DNA from: an uncultured Neglectibacter sp. | GTDB lineage: Bacteria; Bacillota; Clostridia; Oscillospirales; Acutalibacteraceae | Assembly (NCBI GenBank): GCA_904391645.1 | Contig: CAJFMJ010000001.1 | Span: 1 to 44,199 of the forward strand | DNA: 44,199 nucleotides | Direction: 5' to 3' | Part shown: piece after piece, positions 1-9,297 of the stretch | Position numbering within the stretch: position 1 is the first letter of the stretch | Layout of the letters: every line of letters begins with the position of its first letter | Notes under the pieces: generated by a model | Seen by the model: the letters and a program-made list of their open reading frames with translations, nothing else | What the model was told of the DNA's origin: nothing | Database searches by the model: none | Program-made: the position numbers and the translations under genes

Positions 1-91
1 GGCAAAAGCAGCAAAGCCAGGTCTGAACCCCCTTAGCGCAAAGTGAACCCCCTAACGCCAAAGGGGGTTCATTTGTATCACAATTAGAGCC
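1..91. mobile_element. possible terminus of an integrated mobile element extending off the left edge
   Basis: Direct repeat TGAACCCCCT x2, inverted copy AGGGGGTTCA, then TATCACAATTAGAGCC. From memory this resembles ends of serine-recombinase mobilisable elements of gut Clostridia; GGCTCT on the minus strand also resembles ISL3 ends. No transposase or recombinase lies within the window. Confidence 0.35.
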
Positions 92-121
92 ATTTTCCAG
101 CGGCAAGCTGCCGCTTCCAAG

Positions 122-158
122 TCGCGAATCTCACTTTTGTGGGGTTCGCGATTTTTTG
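122..158. terminator. intrinsic terminator-like hairpin
   Basis: TCGCGAATCTCAC-TTTT-GTGGGGTTCGCGA followed by TTTTTT, just past the AraC stop codon. Confidence 0.6.
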
Positions 159-167
159 CGCTTTTTC

Positions 168-817
168 CTAGAACCGCTCCTTGCGGTACTGGCTGGGGCT
201 GGTGCCGTAAACCTTTTTAAAGGCGTTGGCAAAGTGTTCCGGGGAGGAAAATCCCAAGTCTTCGGCAATTTCCCCAATGGGACGGTCGCTGTTGCGCAGC
301 AGCTCCAGGGCTGCGGAAAGCCGGGCCTCCTGCTTTTTTGCTGGAAGGTGCTGCCGTAGTAGCTCTTCAACAGCCGCTGGGTCTGCCGGGGGCTGAATTG
401 CAGCCGCTGGGCCAAGGACTGCAACGTCAAGGTCTTGTATTCATAGAGGAAGCACTCCTCAATGATGAACGTGGCGTGGTTTTCACTCCGGGGGGCAGGG
501 GCGGGCACCGGCTCCTGGCTGGAAGCCTGATAGCGCCGGGCCAGTTTTACGATCAGCTGGCCCAGGAGCAGCTGCACCTGCAGGTCGTACCCTGTCTGCT
601 TCTGTTGGAACTCCTGGAACACCTGCCGGAAGATAGCTTCCACTTCCCCGTCGTCCTTCCCGAACCAGAAGGGCGTGGCACAAAACAGCCGGGTCAACGG
701 CGAAGGCCGCTTCCCACGCTGCTCCACCTGGAGGTACACACAGTACTCCTGCATGGGCTTTTCCCGGCTGGGGATCTGGGCGTGGCGCACGTGGGGCCCC
801 GTCATGTAAAGGGCACC
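168..817 (-). pseudogene. AraC-family transcriptional regulator, 5'-truncated and frameshifted
   Basis: End of cupin domain (LYMTGPHVRHAQ) and HTH1 (TLQSLAQRLQFSPRQTQRLLK). After a frame change at an A6 tract (334-339) it continues QEARLSAALELLRNSDRPIGEIAEDLGFSSPEHFANAFKKVYGTSPSQYRKERF*. The N-terminus and promoter are missing. Confidence 0.85.
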
Positions 818-1783
818 CCGGCCTACGAACACCACGTGAAGACCTACGGCCCTCAAAAGGAGTTCGGCTACAAGGATTTCATCCCCCTGTTCCGGGCGGA
901 AAAATTTGACCCCGCCGCCTGGGCGGAGCTGTTCCAGCGGGCGGGTGCCCGGTACGTGGTGCCGGTGGCGGAACACCACGACGGGTTCCAGATGTACCAG
1001 TCCAAGCTGTCCCACTGGAACGCCGGGGAAATGGGTCCCAAGCGGGACGTGGTGGGCCAGCTGAAAGCCGCTGTGGAAGACCGGGGCATGACCCTGGGTG
1101 TTTCCTCCCACCGGATCGAGCACTGGTTCTTCATGGGCGAAGGCCGGAAGTTTGACAGCGATGTACCGGAAAACGCCGGCCGGGACGACCTGTACTGGCC
1201 CGCCATGCCCATCCCGGAGAACACCGACAGCATTACCGGGGAGCCCGGCCCCAGCAAGGAGTTCCTCAACGACTGGCTGGTGCGCACCTGCGAGCTCATC
1301 GACAACTACCATCCCCGGATCCTGTACTTTGACTGGTGGATTCAGCACGTAAACGCCAAGCCCTACCTGAAAAAGCTGGCGGCCTACTATTACAACCGGG
1401 CCGCGGAGTGGGGCATCGAGGTGGCCCTCAACTGCAAATACGACGCCTTCCTGTTCGGCACGGCAGTGCTGGACATCGAGCGGGGCCAGATGGCGGACAT
1501 CAAGCCCTATTTCTGGCAGACAGACACCGCCGTTGCCCTGAACTCTTGGGGCTACACCGAGGGCAACCAGTTCCGCCCGGCGGGGGACATCATCCAGGAT
1601 CTGGTGGACATCGTCAGCAAAAACGGCTGCCTGCTGCTGAACGTAGGCCCCAAATCCGACGGCACCATCTCCCAGGAGGACACCCAGATCCTTATGGAGA
1701 TCGGGGACTGGCTGGCGGTCAACGGGGAGGCCATTTACGACACCCACGTGTGGAAGACCTTTGGGGAAGGCCCCACCCAGGTG
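809..1783 (+). pseudogene. alpha-L-fucosidase (GH29) internal fragment
   Basis: GH29 motifs FDPAAWAELF, AEHHDGF, LYFDWW (nucleophile), DIVSKNGCLLLNVGP, WLAVNGEAIY, GEGPT. Lacks the N-terminal segment, a start/RBS and the C-terminal beta domain. Confidence 0.85.
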
Positions 1784-1966
1784 CTGCGGGTGGTGTACGA
1801 CCTGGTGATCATCCTCCTTGGATACGCCTTTGGGGCACCCTTTGCCGCCGTGACCTTGGCCATGGCCTTCCTGCTGGGGCCTGCCGTATCCCTGGTGGGC
1901 AAGTGGCTGGACTGTTGGATCTTTCTAAGGCCCGCCTCACCGGATTCCAAAAAAGGCCCCGCTTAA
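1781..1966 (+). pseudogene. C-terminal fragment of a YczE/YitT-like membrane protein fused in frame to the fucosidase fragment
   Basis: Abrupt switch to hydrophobic LRVVYDLVIILLGYAFGAPFAAVTLAMAFLLGPAV, matching the R..D......G...G......T......GP pattern I associate with YczE-type proteins. Confidence 0.6.
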
Positions 1967-2000
1967 ACGGCCGTTTCCAGCTGCCGGGGCAAGCTTTCCC

Positions 2001-2037
2001 AAAAAGGGACCTGCTGCAAAATGCGGCAGGTCCCTTT
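2001..2037. terminator. terminator-like hairpin
   Basis: AAAGGGACCTGCTGCA-AAA-TGCGGCAGGTCCCTTT. Confidence 0.6.
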
Positions 2038-2086
2038 CGCATGGCTGGCAGACGCCGGTCCACTCCCCGTTGGATCCTTCGGGCGC

Positions 2087-2120
2087 AAAAAAGCGGCTTC
2101 CCACAGGGGAGGCCGCTTTC
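2087..2120 (-). terminator. thrS intrinsic terminator
   Basis: Minus strand GAAAGCGGCCTCCCC-TGT-GGGAAGCCGCTTTTTT just after the thrS stop. Confidence 0.75.
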
Positions 2121-2142
2121 CGGTTGCCTGAACCAGGCAGAT

Positions 2143-4047
2143 TTACTTGATCTCTTTGCTGGCCACTTCGGCCTGGGCCTTCTGGATGAAGGCTTCCAGG
2201 GTCATGGAGCCCAGGTCGCCGTCCTTGCGGTGGCGCACGGAAACCGTGCCCTCTTGGGCTTCCTTGTCGCCCACCACCAGCATATAGGGGGTCTGCTGCA
2301 GCTGGGCTTCCCGGATCTTATAGCCGATCTTCTCGTTGCGGACATCGCACTCCACACGGAGGCCGGCCTCATCCAGCTGCTGCTGCAGCTTCTGGGCATA
2401 CTCGTGGTGCCGCTCGGAAATGGGCAGGATCACCGCCTGGACAGGGGACAGCCACAGGGGGAACTTGCCGGCAAAGTGCTCGGTGATGACGCCGATAAAC
2501 CGCTCGATGGAGCCCAACACCACGCGGTGGAGCATCACAGGGCGGTGCTTCTGGCCGTCAGCGCCCACGTACTCCAGCTCGAACCGCTCGGGCAGCTGGG
2601 AGTCCAGCTGCACCGTGCCGCACTGCCAGGTGCGGCCCAGGGAGTCCGCCAGATGGAAGTCCAGCTTGGGGCCGTAGAAGGCGCCGTCGCCCTCATTGAC
2701 CTCGTACTCCTTGCCCATTTCCACAATGGCCTCTTTCAGGATGTCCTGGTTGTGCTCCCACTGCTCCACGGTGCCGATGTGGTCCTCAGGCATGGTGGAC
2801 AGCTCGATCTTATAGGGCAGGCCAAAGACGGAGTACACCTCGTCAAACAGCTTCACAACGCCCTTGATCTCGTCTTTGAGCTGCTCCTGGGTCATGAACA
2901 GGTGGGCGTCGTCCTGGGTGAAGCACCGCACCCGGAACAGCCCGTGCAAAGCGCCGGAAAGCTCGTGACGGTGCACCAGGCCCAGCTCGCCCACACGCAG
3001 GGGCAGGTCACGGTAGGAATGGGGCTCGCTCTGGTACACCAGCATCCCGCCGGGGCAGTTCATGGGCTTGATGGCGTAATCTTCCTCGTCAATGACGGTG
3101 GTGTACATATTGTCCTTGTAATGATCCCAGTGGCCGCTGCGCTCCCACAGGGCCCGGTTGAGGATCATGGGGGTGGAGATCTCCACATAGCCGTACTTCT
3201 TGTGGACCTGCCGCCAGTAGTCAATCAGCAGGTTCCGCAGCACCATGCCCTTGGGCAGGAAAAAGGGGAAGCCGGGGCCTTCCTCGGTGAGCATGAACAG
3301 GCCCAGCTCTTTGCCCAGTTTCCGGTGATCCCGCTTTTTGGCCTCTTCCAGCATTTGCAGGTGCTCGTCCAGCATAGACTGCTTGGGGAAGGAAACGCCG
3401 TACACACGGGTGAGCATCTTATTTTTTGCGTCGCCACGCCAATAGGCGCCGGTGATGGCGGTGAGCTTCACAGCCTTCACCATACCGGTGCTCATCAGAT
3501 GGGGGCCGGCGCACAGGTCGGTAAAGTCCCCCTGGCGGTAGAAGCTGATGTTCTCCCCCTTATCGGCGTGTTCATCGATGAGCTCCTCCTTATAGGGCTG
3601 GCCCTCCATCAGCTCCTTGGCCTCCCCGGCAGGCAGCTCGAAGCGCTCGATGGCGATGTTCTCTTTGATGACCTTCTTGATCTCCTCTTCAATCTTGGGC
3701 AGGTCGTCGGCAGAGAGGGGGTTCTCCAGGTCGAAGTCGTAGTAGAACCCGTTCTCAATGGCGGGGCCAATGGAGAACTTGGTGCCGGGATACAGCCGCA
3801 TCATGGCCTGGGCCAGGATGTGGGAGGTGGTGTGCCAATAGGCGTGCTTGCCCTCCTCGCTGTCGAAGGTGAGGATTTCCAAAGCGCAGTCGTGGTCAAT
3901 GGGGGTGCGCAGGTCGCAGACCTCCCCGTCGATGCGGGCGGCGCAGGCGGACTTGTACAGCCCCATGCCGATGGACTTTGCCACCTCGGCGGCGGTGATG
4001 CCGCTTTCAAACTCTTTCACTTGGCCTTTCAGATCGATTTTTACCAT
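2143..4047 (-). CDS. thrS: threonine--tRNA ligase
   Basis: TGS domain, HTTSH and DLCAGPH editing motifs, KPMNCP, GAFYGPK, HRVVLGSIERF and anticodon-binding domain. ATG at 4047 with AAGGAG RBS. Confidence 0.98.
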   Translation of the reverse strand: MVKIDLKGQVKEFESGITAAEVAKSIGMGLYKSACAARIDGEVCDLRTPIDHDCALEILTFDSEEGKHAYWHTTSHILAQAMMRLYPGTKFSIGPAIENGFYYDFDLENPLSADDLPKIEEEIKKVIKENIAIERFELPAGEAKELMEGQPYKEELIDEHADKGENISFYRQGDFTDLCAGPHLMSTGMVKAVKLTAITGAYWRGDAKNKMLTRVYGVSFPKQSMLDEHLQMLEEAKKRDHRKLGKELGLFMLTEEGPGFPFFLPKGMVLRNLLIDYWRQVHKKYGYVEISTPMILNRALWERSGHWDHYKDNMYTTVIDEEDYAIKPMNCPGGMLVYQSEPHSYRDLPLRVGELGLVHRHELSGALHGLFRVRCFTQDDAHLFMTQEQLKDEIKGVVKLFDEVYSVFGLPYKIELSTMPEDHIGTVEQWEHNQDILKEAIVEMGKEYEVNEGDGAFYGPKLDFHLADSLGRTWQCGTVQLDSQLPERFELEYVGADGQKHRPVMLHRVVLGSIERFIGVITEHFAGKFPLWLSPVQAVILPISERHHEYAQKLQQQLDEAGLRVECDVRNEKIGYKIREAQLQQTPYMLVVGDKEAQEGTVSVRHRKDGDLGSMTLEAFIQKAQAEVASKEIK

Positions 4048-4074
4048 GTGGTGACTCCTTTCTGCCAGGGAAGC

Positions 4075-4358
4075 AAAAAACGCCTGCCCCAGCAAAGCTC
4101 TGGGGCAGGCGTCTGGCTTCTCAAACAAATATTTTGCCAGGGACCCGCGGTTCCACCCGGATTCAAAGCGCGAAAGGACGCGCTTCCTCGTTGCGGCCTG
4201 TAACGGGGCCATCCGCCGCCCCTTTTGCGGGAACCCGCTTTCGGAGGCGATGCTCAAAGGTGGTGGCCAACCCCCGCTCCCCGGCGGCCGCTTTCAGCCC
4301 ACGGCAGCCGCTCTCTGGCCAGGGCGTTTTGGGAGGATGGCTTCCTTTTCGACGCATT
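4075..4358 (-). ncRNA. T-box riboswitch (Thr) upstream of thrS
   Basis: Minus strand: stem I with AGAGA and GCTGAAAG boxes, ACC (Thr) specifier candidates at 4259-4264, T-box GGGTGGAACCGCG at 4146-4158, terminator ACGCCTGCCCCAG..CTGGGGCAGGCGTTTTTT at 4075-4112. Confidence 0.93.
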
Positions 4359-4373
4359 TCTATCATTAGCTAG

Positions 4374-4402
4374 ATAATAACACCGGCCAGGGGCTTTGTC
4401 AA
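4374..4402 (-). promoter_or_regulatory. sigma-A promoter of the thrS leader
   Basis: TTGACA-17 nt-TATTAT on the minus strand. Confidence 0.8.
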
Positions 4403-4457
4403 GGAAAAGAAACCCGGGTTTTGGGGAGGTCTGTGTGAATAAAATGTTACAATTTTC

Positions 4458-4486
4458 TTGACAAGAATCACCCTAAGGGCTAGAAT
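4458..4486 (+). promoter_or_regulatory. sigma-A promoter of rny
   Basis: TTGACA-17 nt-TAGAAT with an AT-rich upstream element. Confidence 0.8.
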
Positions 4487-4786
4487 AAAAACAGAGTGCA
4501 CAATGGCGCTTTCCTATATGAATTTCCCTGTTTTTCATTTTAAATGCTTTTTTATTGAGCAATTTTTCACAAAAAAGGCTGAAAACAGCCTGTTTCCCCC
4601 GCAGTTCCCAGGAGGCAGTGCGCCCCGGGAAACTTTTCCAAGCGGCGGGAAACGGTAAAAAAATGAGGCATTGAATCTCTTATATGGCAGCGGCCCACCT
4701 GCACTTTCCAGGGCAAACCACGCCCTGGCTTTCCCAGTTATTTGAATTTTAAAAAAATTAGGAAACGAGGAAAAGGAGGTGCCTGA

Positions 4787-6349
4787 TTGGGCCAAGTAGC
4801 AGTATGGCTGTGTGTCGTCATCGCTGTTTTAGCCGCGGCTGTGGCCGGTGCGGCAGCTTTCTTTCTGGGCTTCAATTACCGCAAAAACAAGGCCGAGGCT
4901 GAAATCGGCTCTGCTGAACAAGAGGCAAAGCGCATTGTAAGCGACGCCATTAAAACCGCGGAAGCCAAAAAGAAAGAGATCGTGCTGGAAGGCAAAGACG
5001 AGTTACACCGCCTGAGAGATGAATCGGAAAAAGAGCTGGCAAACCGGCGCAAAGAGATCCAGCATCAAGAGCGGCGCATCCTCCAGAAGGAGGAAAGCCT
5101 GGAGAAAAAGCTGGAAAATGTGGAGCGCAAGGAAAACCAGGTCGACCAGAAAAACAAAAAGGCTGAAGAGCGCCTGCAGGAAGCCGAAGCTGTTAAGAAG
5201 AGCCAGTTCGATATGCTGGAAAAAATCTCTTCCTTCACGGTGGACCAGGCGAAGGAATACCTGCTCTCCATCCTGGAAAACGAGCTGACCCACGAGAAGG
5301 CCGTAAAGATCCGGGATTTTGAGCAGCAGACCAAGGAAGAGGCAGACCGCACCGCCCGGGAGATCATTGCCCTGGCCATCCAGCGCTGCGCGGCGGACCA
5401 TGTGTCGGAAGCCGCCATCAGCGTGGTGCCCCTGCCCAACGACGAGATGAAGGGCCGGATTATCGGCCGGGAAGGCCGGAACATCCGGGCCATTGAAACA
5501 CTCACCGGTGTGGACCTGATCATCGACGACACGCCGGAAGCCATCACCCTGTCCAGCTTTGAGCCGGTCCGCCGGGAGGTGGCCCGCATTGCTTTGGAAA
5601 AGCTCATCTCCGACGGGCGCATCCACCCCACCCGCATTGAGGAAACGGTGGAAAAGGCCCGCAAGGAAGTGGACGCCACCATCAAGCAGGAAGGCGAACG
5701 GGCTGTGTTGGAAGTGGGCCTGGGTGGCATCCACCACGAGCTGGTAAAGCTGTTGGGCCGCCTGCGCTACCGCACCAGCTATGGGCAGAACGTCTTAAAC
5801 CACTCTTTGGAAGTGGCCTACCTGTCCGGCATCATGGCCTCCGAGCTGGGGCTTGACCCCACCGTGGCCAAACGGGCCGGCCTGCTCCACGACATTGGCA
5901 AGGCACTGGACCACGAGATGGAAGGCTCCCACGTGCAGATCGGCGTGGAAGTGGCCCGGAAGTACCGGGAGAGCGAAGCGGTCATCCATGCCATTGCCGC
6001 CCACCATGGGGACGTGGAAGCCAAAACCATTATCGCCTGCATCGTCCAGGCGGCGGACGCCATTTCGGCAGCCCGTCCCGGCGCGCGGCGTGAGAACCTG
6101 GAAAACTACATCAAGCGGTTGGAAAAGCTGGAAGAAGTGGCCTCCTCCTTTGACGGGGTGGAAAGCTGCTACGCCATCCAGGCCGGCCGTGAGATCCGCG
6201 TGATGGTCAAACCCGAGAAGGTCAGCGACGAGCAAATGACCCTGCTGGCCCGGGACATCTGCAAAAAGATCGAAGCGGATCTAGAGTATCCCGGCCAGAT
6301 CAAGGTAAATATGATCCGGGAGAGCCGGGCAGTGGATTACGCCAAGTAA
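4787..6349 (+). CDS. rny: ribonuclease Y
   Basis: N-terminal TM helix, coiled coil, KH domain ([14 protein letters not shown]), HD domain (GLLHDIGK). TTG start with AAGGAGG RBS. Confidence 0.98.
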   Translation: MGQVAVWLCVVIAVLAAAVAGAAAFFLGFNYRKNKAEAEIGSAEQEAKRIVSDAIKTAEAKKKEIVLEGKDELHRLRDESEKELANRRKEIQHQERRILQKEESLEKKLENVERKENQVDQKNKKAEERLQEAEAVKKSQFDMLEKISSFTVDQAKEYLLSILENELTHEKAVKIRDFEQQTKEEADRTAREIIALAIQRCAADHVSEAAISVVPLPNDEMKGRIIGREGRNIRAIETLTGVDLIIDDTPEAITLSSFEPVRREVARIALEKLISDGRIHPTRIEETVEKARKEVDATIKQEGERAVLEVGLGGIHHELVKLLGRLRYRTSYGQNVLNHSLEVAYLSGIMASELGLDPTVAKRAGLLHDIGKALDHEMEGSHVQIGVEVARKYRESEAVIHAIAAHHGDVEAKTIIACIVQAADAISAARPGARRENLENYIKRLEKLEEVASSFDGVESCYAIQAGREIRVMVKPEKVSDEQMTLLARDICKKIEADLEYPGQIKVNMIRESRAVDYAK

Positions 6350-6437
6350 CCAGACGCCCGAAAATCATACCACAGCAACCAGACAGGGACGTACCGTGTG
6401 TGCGTCCCTGTTGTAACTTTTGAGAGGGTGGAACACT

Positions 6438-7208
6438 TTGAACATTCTTTGCATCGGCGACGTGGTGGGGACCCCGGGGTGCCAGTTTTTGCGCGCCCAC
6501 CTGCCCGCTTTGAAACGCGCCAAGGGGATTGACCTGGTGATTGCCAACGGGGAAAACTCCGCGGACGGCAACGGCATCACCCCGGCCTCGGCGGAGCACC
6601 TGTTTGACAGCGGCGTGGATGTGATCACCACGGGGAATCACAGCTTCCGCAAGCGGGAATCCTACGACCTGTACGACTCCTGCGAAACCCTGCTGCGCCC
6701 TGCCAACTACCCTGCTGCGGCCCCGGGCCGTGGGCTGTGCGTGGTGGACCTGGGCCGCACCCAGGTTGCTGTGATCAACCTGATGGGCACGGTCTACATG
6801 GAGAGCCTGCGCTGCCCCTTTGAAACCCTGGAATCCCTGCTGAAAACCCCGGACCTGCCCAAGGTGTGCATTGTGGACTTCCACGCCGAGGCCACCGGAG
6901 AAAAACGGGCCATGGGCTTCTTTGCCGACGGCAAGGTGACCGGCCTGTTCGGCACCCACACCCACGTGCAGACTGCCGACGAATGCCTGCTCCCCCACGG
7001 CACCGGGTACATCACCGACGTGGGCATGACCGGCGTCATCGACTCGGTGCTGGGGGTGAAGCCGGAGATCATCATCGGCAAGCTGCGCACCAAAATGCCC
7101 GCCCGGTTCGACTGGGCCAAGGGCCCCAGCAAAATGGACTGCGTCCTCTTTTCCGCCGACGAGCGCACCGGCCTGTGCACCGGCGTGGAGCGGATTTCCC
7201 TGACGTAA
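6438..7208 (+). CDS. ymdB: YmdB-like metallophosphoesterase
   Basis: GDVVG, NGEN, TGNH, DFHAEATGEK, GTHTH, TDVGMTG motifs; usual position after rny. Confidence 0.93.
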   Translation: MNILCIGDVVGTPGCQFLRAHLPALKRAKGIDLVIANGENSADGNGITPASAEHLFDSGVDVITTGNHSFRKRESYDLYDSCETLLRPANYPAAAPGRGLCVVDLGRTQVAVINLMGTVYMESLRCPFETLESLLKTPDLPKVCIVDFHAEATGEKRAMGFFADGKVTGLFGTHTHVQTADECLLPHGTGYITDVGMTGVIDSVLGVKPEIIIGKLRTKMPARFDWAKGPSKMDCVLFSADERTGLCTGVERISLT

Positions 7209-7295
7209 CCCCCAGCGGCCCTGCCCTCCCTCTGGCATGGAACAACGGCCGCCAGGTGGCCTTTGCTGGCCCGCCGCCCATCCCCTCAGACCAAA

Positions 7296-7330
7296 CGGGC
7301 TTGCCGCAAAATCGGCAGGCCCTGTTTTTT
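7296..7330 (+). terminator. terminator after ymdB
   Basis: GGGCTTGCCG-CAAAAT-CGGCAGGCCC-TGTTTTTT. Confidence 0.7.
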
Positions 7331-7435
7331 ATAGAGCATTTGCAGAAATCCCTTTACAACGATTGTATTTTTTTATTTTTTGTGATAAACTAGTTAAAAG
7401 ATATACCCATCTATGTGGTGAAGGATGTGTTACCT

Positions 7436-9124
7436 GTGATTTTAGGTTCTCAACTGAAGAATGCCATTCTGTCTGGCTCCAACAACATCTCCAAGTATAA
7501 AAAGCAAATTAACGAGCTGAATATTTTCCCCGTGCCCGATGGCGACACCGGCACCAATATGTCCATGACCATCGGCGCTGCCGCCGAGGAAATGAAGGGT
7601 TTAGACGACTCCTCCACCGCTGCCCAGGTGGCTAAAAAGGCCGCCTCCTCCATGCTGCGGGGAGCCCGGGGCAACTCCGGCGTCATTTTGTCTTTGCTGT
7701 TCCGGGGCATTTCCAAGGGCCTGGAAGGCCGGGAGGAAATTTCCGCGGAGGACCTGGTTGCCGCCTTGGAACTGGGCGTTGAGGAAGCCTACAAGGCTGT
7801 GATGAAGCCCACCGAAGGCACCATCCTCACCGTGGCCCGGGTGGCTGCCGAGCGGGGCCGGGAAGCCCTGGAAATGGGCAGTGATCCCGTCCAGGTGTGG
7901 GACGCCGTATGCATGGGCGCTGCCGACGCCTTGGAGGACACCCCCAACCTGCTGCCCGTGCTGAAAAAGGCCGGCGTGGTGGATGCTGGCGGCCAAGGCC
8001 TGTGCCTGATCTTCGAGGGGATGCTCAGTGTGTTCCGCAGCGGCATTGTGCTGGAGTGCGGCCTCTCGGAAGAGGAAAAAGCCCAGGAAACCGCCGAATT
8101 TTTCCGCAATGTGGCGGCAGAGTTTGACAGTGAGATCAACTTCACCTACTGCACCGAATTCATCGTGGGCCGCGACCCGGAGATCCAGAAGGATCCTCTG
8201 GAACTGCGGCTGTTCCTGGAAACCATCGGCGACTGCGTGGTGGTGGTAGACGATGACGAGATCATCAAGACCCATGTGCACACGGAAAATCCCGGTGACG
8301 CGCTGCAGGCTGCTTTACAGTATGGCCAGCTGCTCACCGTAAAGATTGAAAACATGAAGGAGCAACACCGCAAGGCTGCTGAAGCCAACGAGGCCCAGAA
8401 AGCTGCCGCGGCAGAAAAGCCCCAGCCGGAAAAGGCCCATCTGGAGCCCCAGGAGCCCACCGAAGAAATGGGCTTCATCTCCGTGGCTGCCGGCGACGGC
8501 CTGAAGAGCCTGTTTATGGATCTGGGCTGCGCCAACGTGGTCAGCGGCGGCCAGACCATGAACCCCTCCACGGAAGACCTGTTGGAGGCTGTGCTGGCCA
8601 CTCCTGCGAAAAAGGTGTTCATCCTGCCCAACAACAAGAACATCATCATGGCTGCCGAGCAGACCATTCCCCTTTGCACCGACCGGGAAGTGATTGTCAT
8701 CCCCACCCGGACCATTCCCCAGGGGCTTTCCGCCATGTTGGCTTTTGACCCCGACTCCGACGCCCAAACCAACCAGGAGGCCATGCTGGAAGCCGCAGGC
8801 AACGTGGACACCGGCCTGGTCACCTTTGCCGCCCGGGATTCGGAATACGGCGGCCACACCATCCGCCACGGGGACATTCTGGGCTTGAAGAACGGCAAGC
8901 TGGAATACATTGAAAAAGACCCCGTTGCCGCTTGCGTGCGGGTGACCCGTTCCTTTGCCACCAAACACACCTCTTTCATCACCTTGATCTACGGGGAAGG
9001 CATCACCCAGGAGCAGGCGGAAGAGGCCAAGCGCACCTTGGAAAACAAGCTCCATTCCGATGTGGAGATCACCCTGGTGGATGGCGGCCAGCCTGTGTAT
9101 TACTTCATCATCAGCGTGGAGTAA
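7436..9124 (+). CDS. fakA: DAK2-domain protein, fatty acid kinase catalytic subunit (YloV/FakA)
   Basis: NIFPVPDGDTGTNM, GARGNSGVILS, KPTEGTILT, YCTEF, HVHT, GGQTMNPS, GGQPVY. Start is either GTG 7436 or GTG 7415. Confidence 0.92.
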   Translation: MILGSQLKNAILSGSNNISKYKKQINELNIFPVPDGDTGTNMSMTIGAAAEEMKGLDDSSTAAQVAKKAASSMLRGARGNSGVILSLLFRGISKGLEGREEISAEDLVAALELGVEEAYKAVMKPTEGTILTVARVAAERGREALEMGSDPVQVWDAVCMGAADALEDTPNLLPVLKKAGVVDAGGQGLCLIFEGMLSVFRSGIVLECGLSEEEKAQETAEFFRNVAAEFDSEINFTYCTEFIVGRDPEIQKDPLELRLFLETIGDCVVVVDDDEIIKTHVHTENPGDALQAALQYGQLLTVKIENMKEQHRKAAEANEAQKAAAAEKPQPEKAHLEPQEPTEEMGFISVAAGDGLKSLFMDLGCANVVSGGQTMNPSTEDLLEAVLATPAKKVFILPNNKNIIMAAEQTIPLCTDREVIVIPTRTIPQGLSAMLAFDPDSDAQTNQEAMLEAAGNVDTGLVTFAARDSEYGGHTIRHGDILGLKNGKLEYIEKDPVAACVRVTRSFATKHTSFITLIYGEGITQEQAEEAKRTLENKLHSDVEITLVDGGQPVYYFIISVE

Positions 9125-9221
9125 GAAGCTGCGCTTCAGGCAAGTCGCGGGTTCGTGCGCTGCGCCCCAGGCGAGCTGTGGAAAGAGGAAAACCTGCGCA
9201 CACCATTGAAAAGACAGATTT

Positions 9222-9253
9222 GGGAACCTTTCTTTCGGGAAAGGTTCCTTTTT
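9222..9253 (+). terminator. terminator-like hairpin between fakA and recG
   Basis: GGAACCTTTCT-TTC-GGGAAAGGTTCC-TTTTT. Confidence 0.65.
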
Positions 9254-9297
9254 GTAGGAGCATTTCGGGGACACCTTGCAGAAAAAGGAGGCACGCC

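Noticed and set aside
24-70. Repeats as a CRISPR array
   Set aside because: Only two 10-bp direct copies with an 11-nt gap, and no cas genes.
338-808. N-terminal part of the 542-aa ORF as a fucosidase extension
   Set aside because: It is the antisense of the AraC remnant; GH29 similarity starts only at about 809.
131-1747. 538-aa minus-strand ORF as a single gene
   Set aside because: It is the antisense of the fucosidase joined to the AraC remnant and then out-of-frame sequence.
1336-4203. 955-aa plus-strand ORF, and similar long antisense ORFs (11647-13212, 18248-19939, 32897-34627, 36928-38313, 38950-40329)
   Set aside because: Shadow frames opposite well-conserved genes. High GC3 codon bias suppresses stops, and there are no motifs or RBS.
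4048-4257. 70-aa N-terminal extension of ThrS
   Set aside because: Overlaps the T-box leader; the RBS supports ATG 4047.
8932-9297. N-terminal extension of RecG
   Set aside because: Overlaps fakA and a terminator; the RBS supports ATG 9298.
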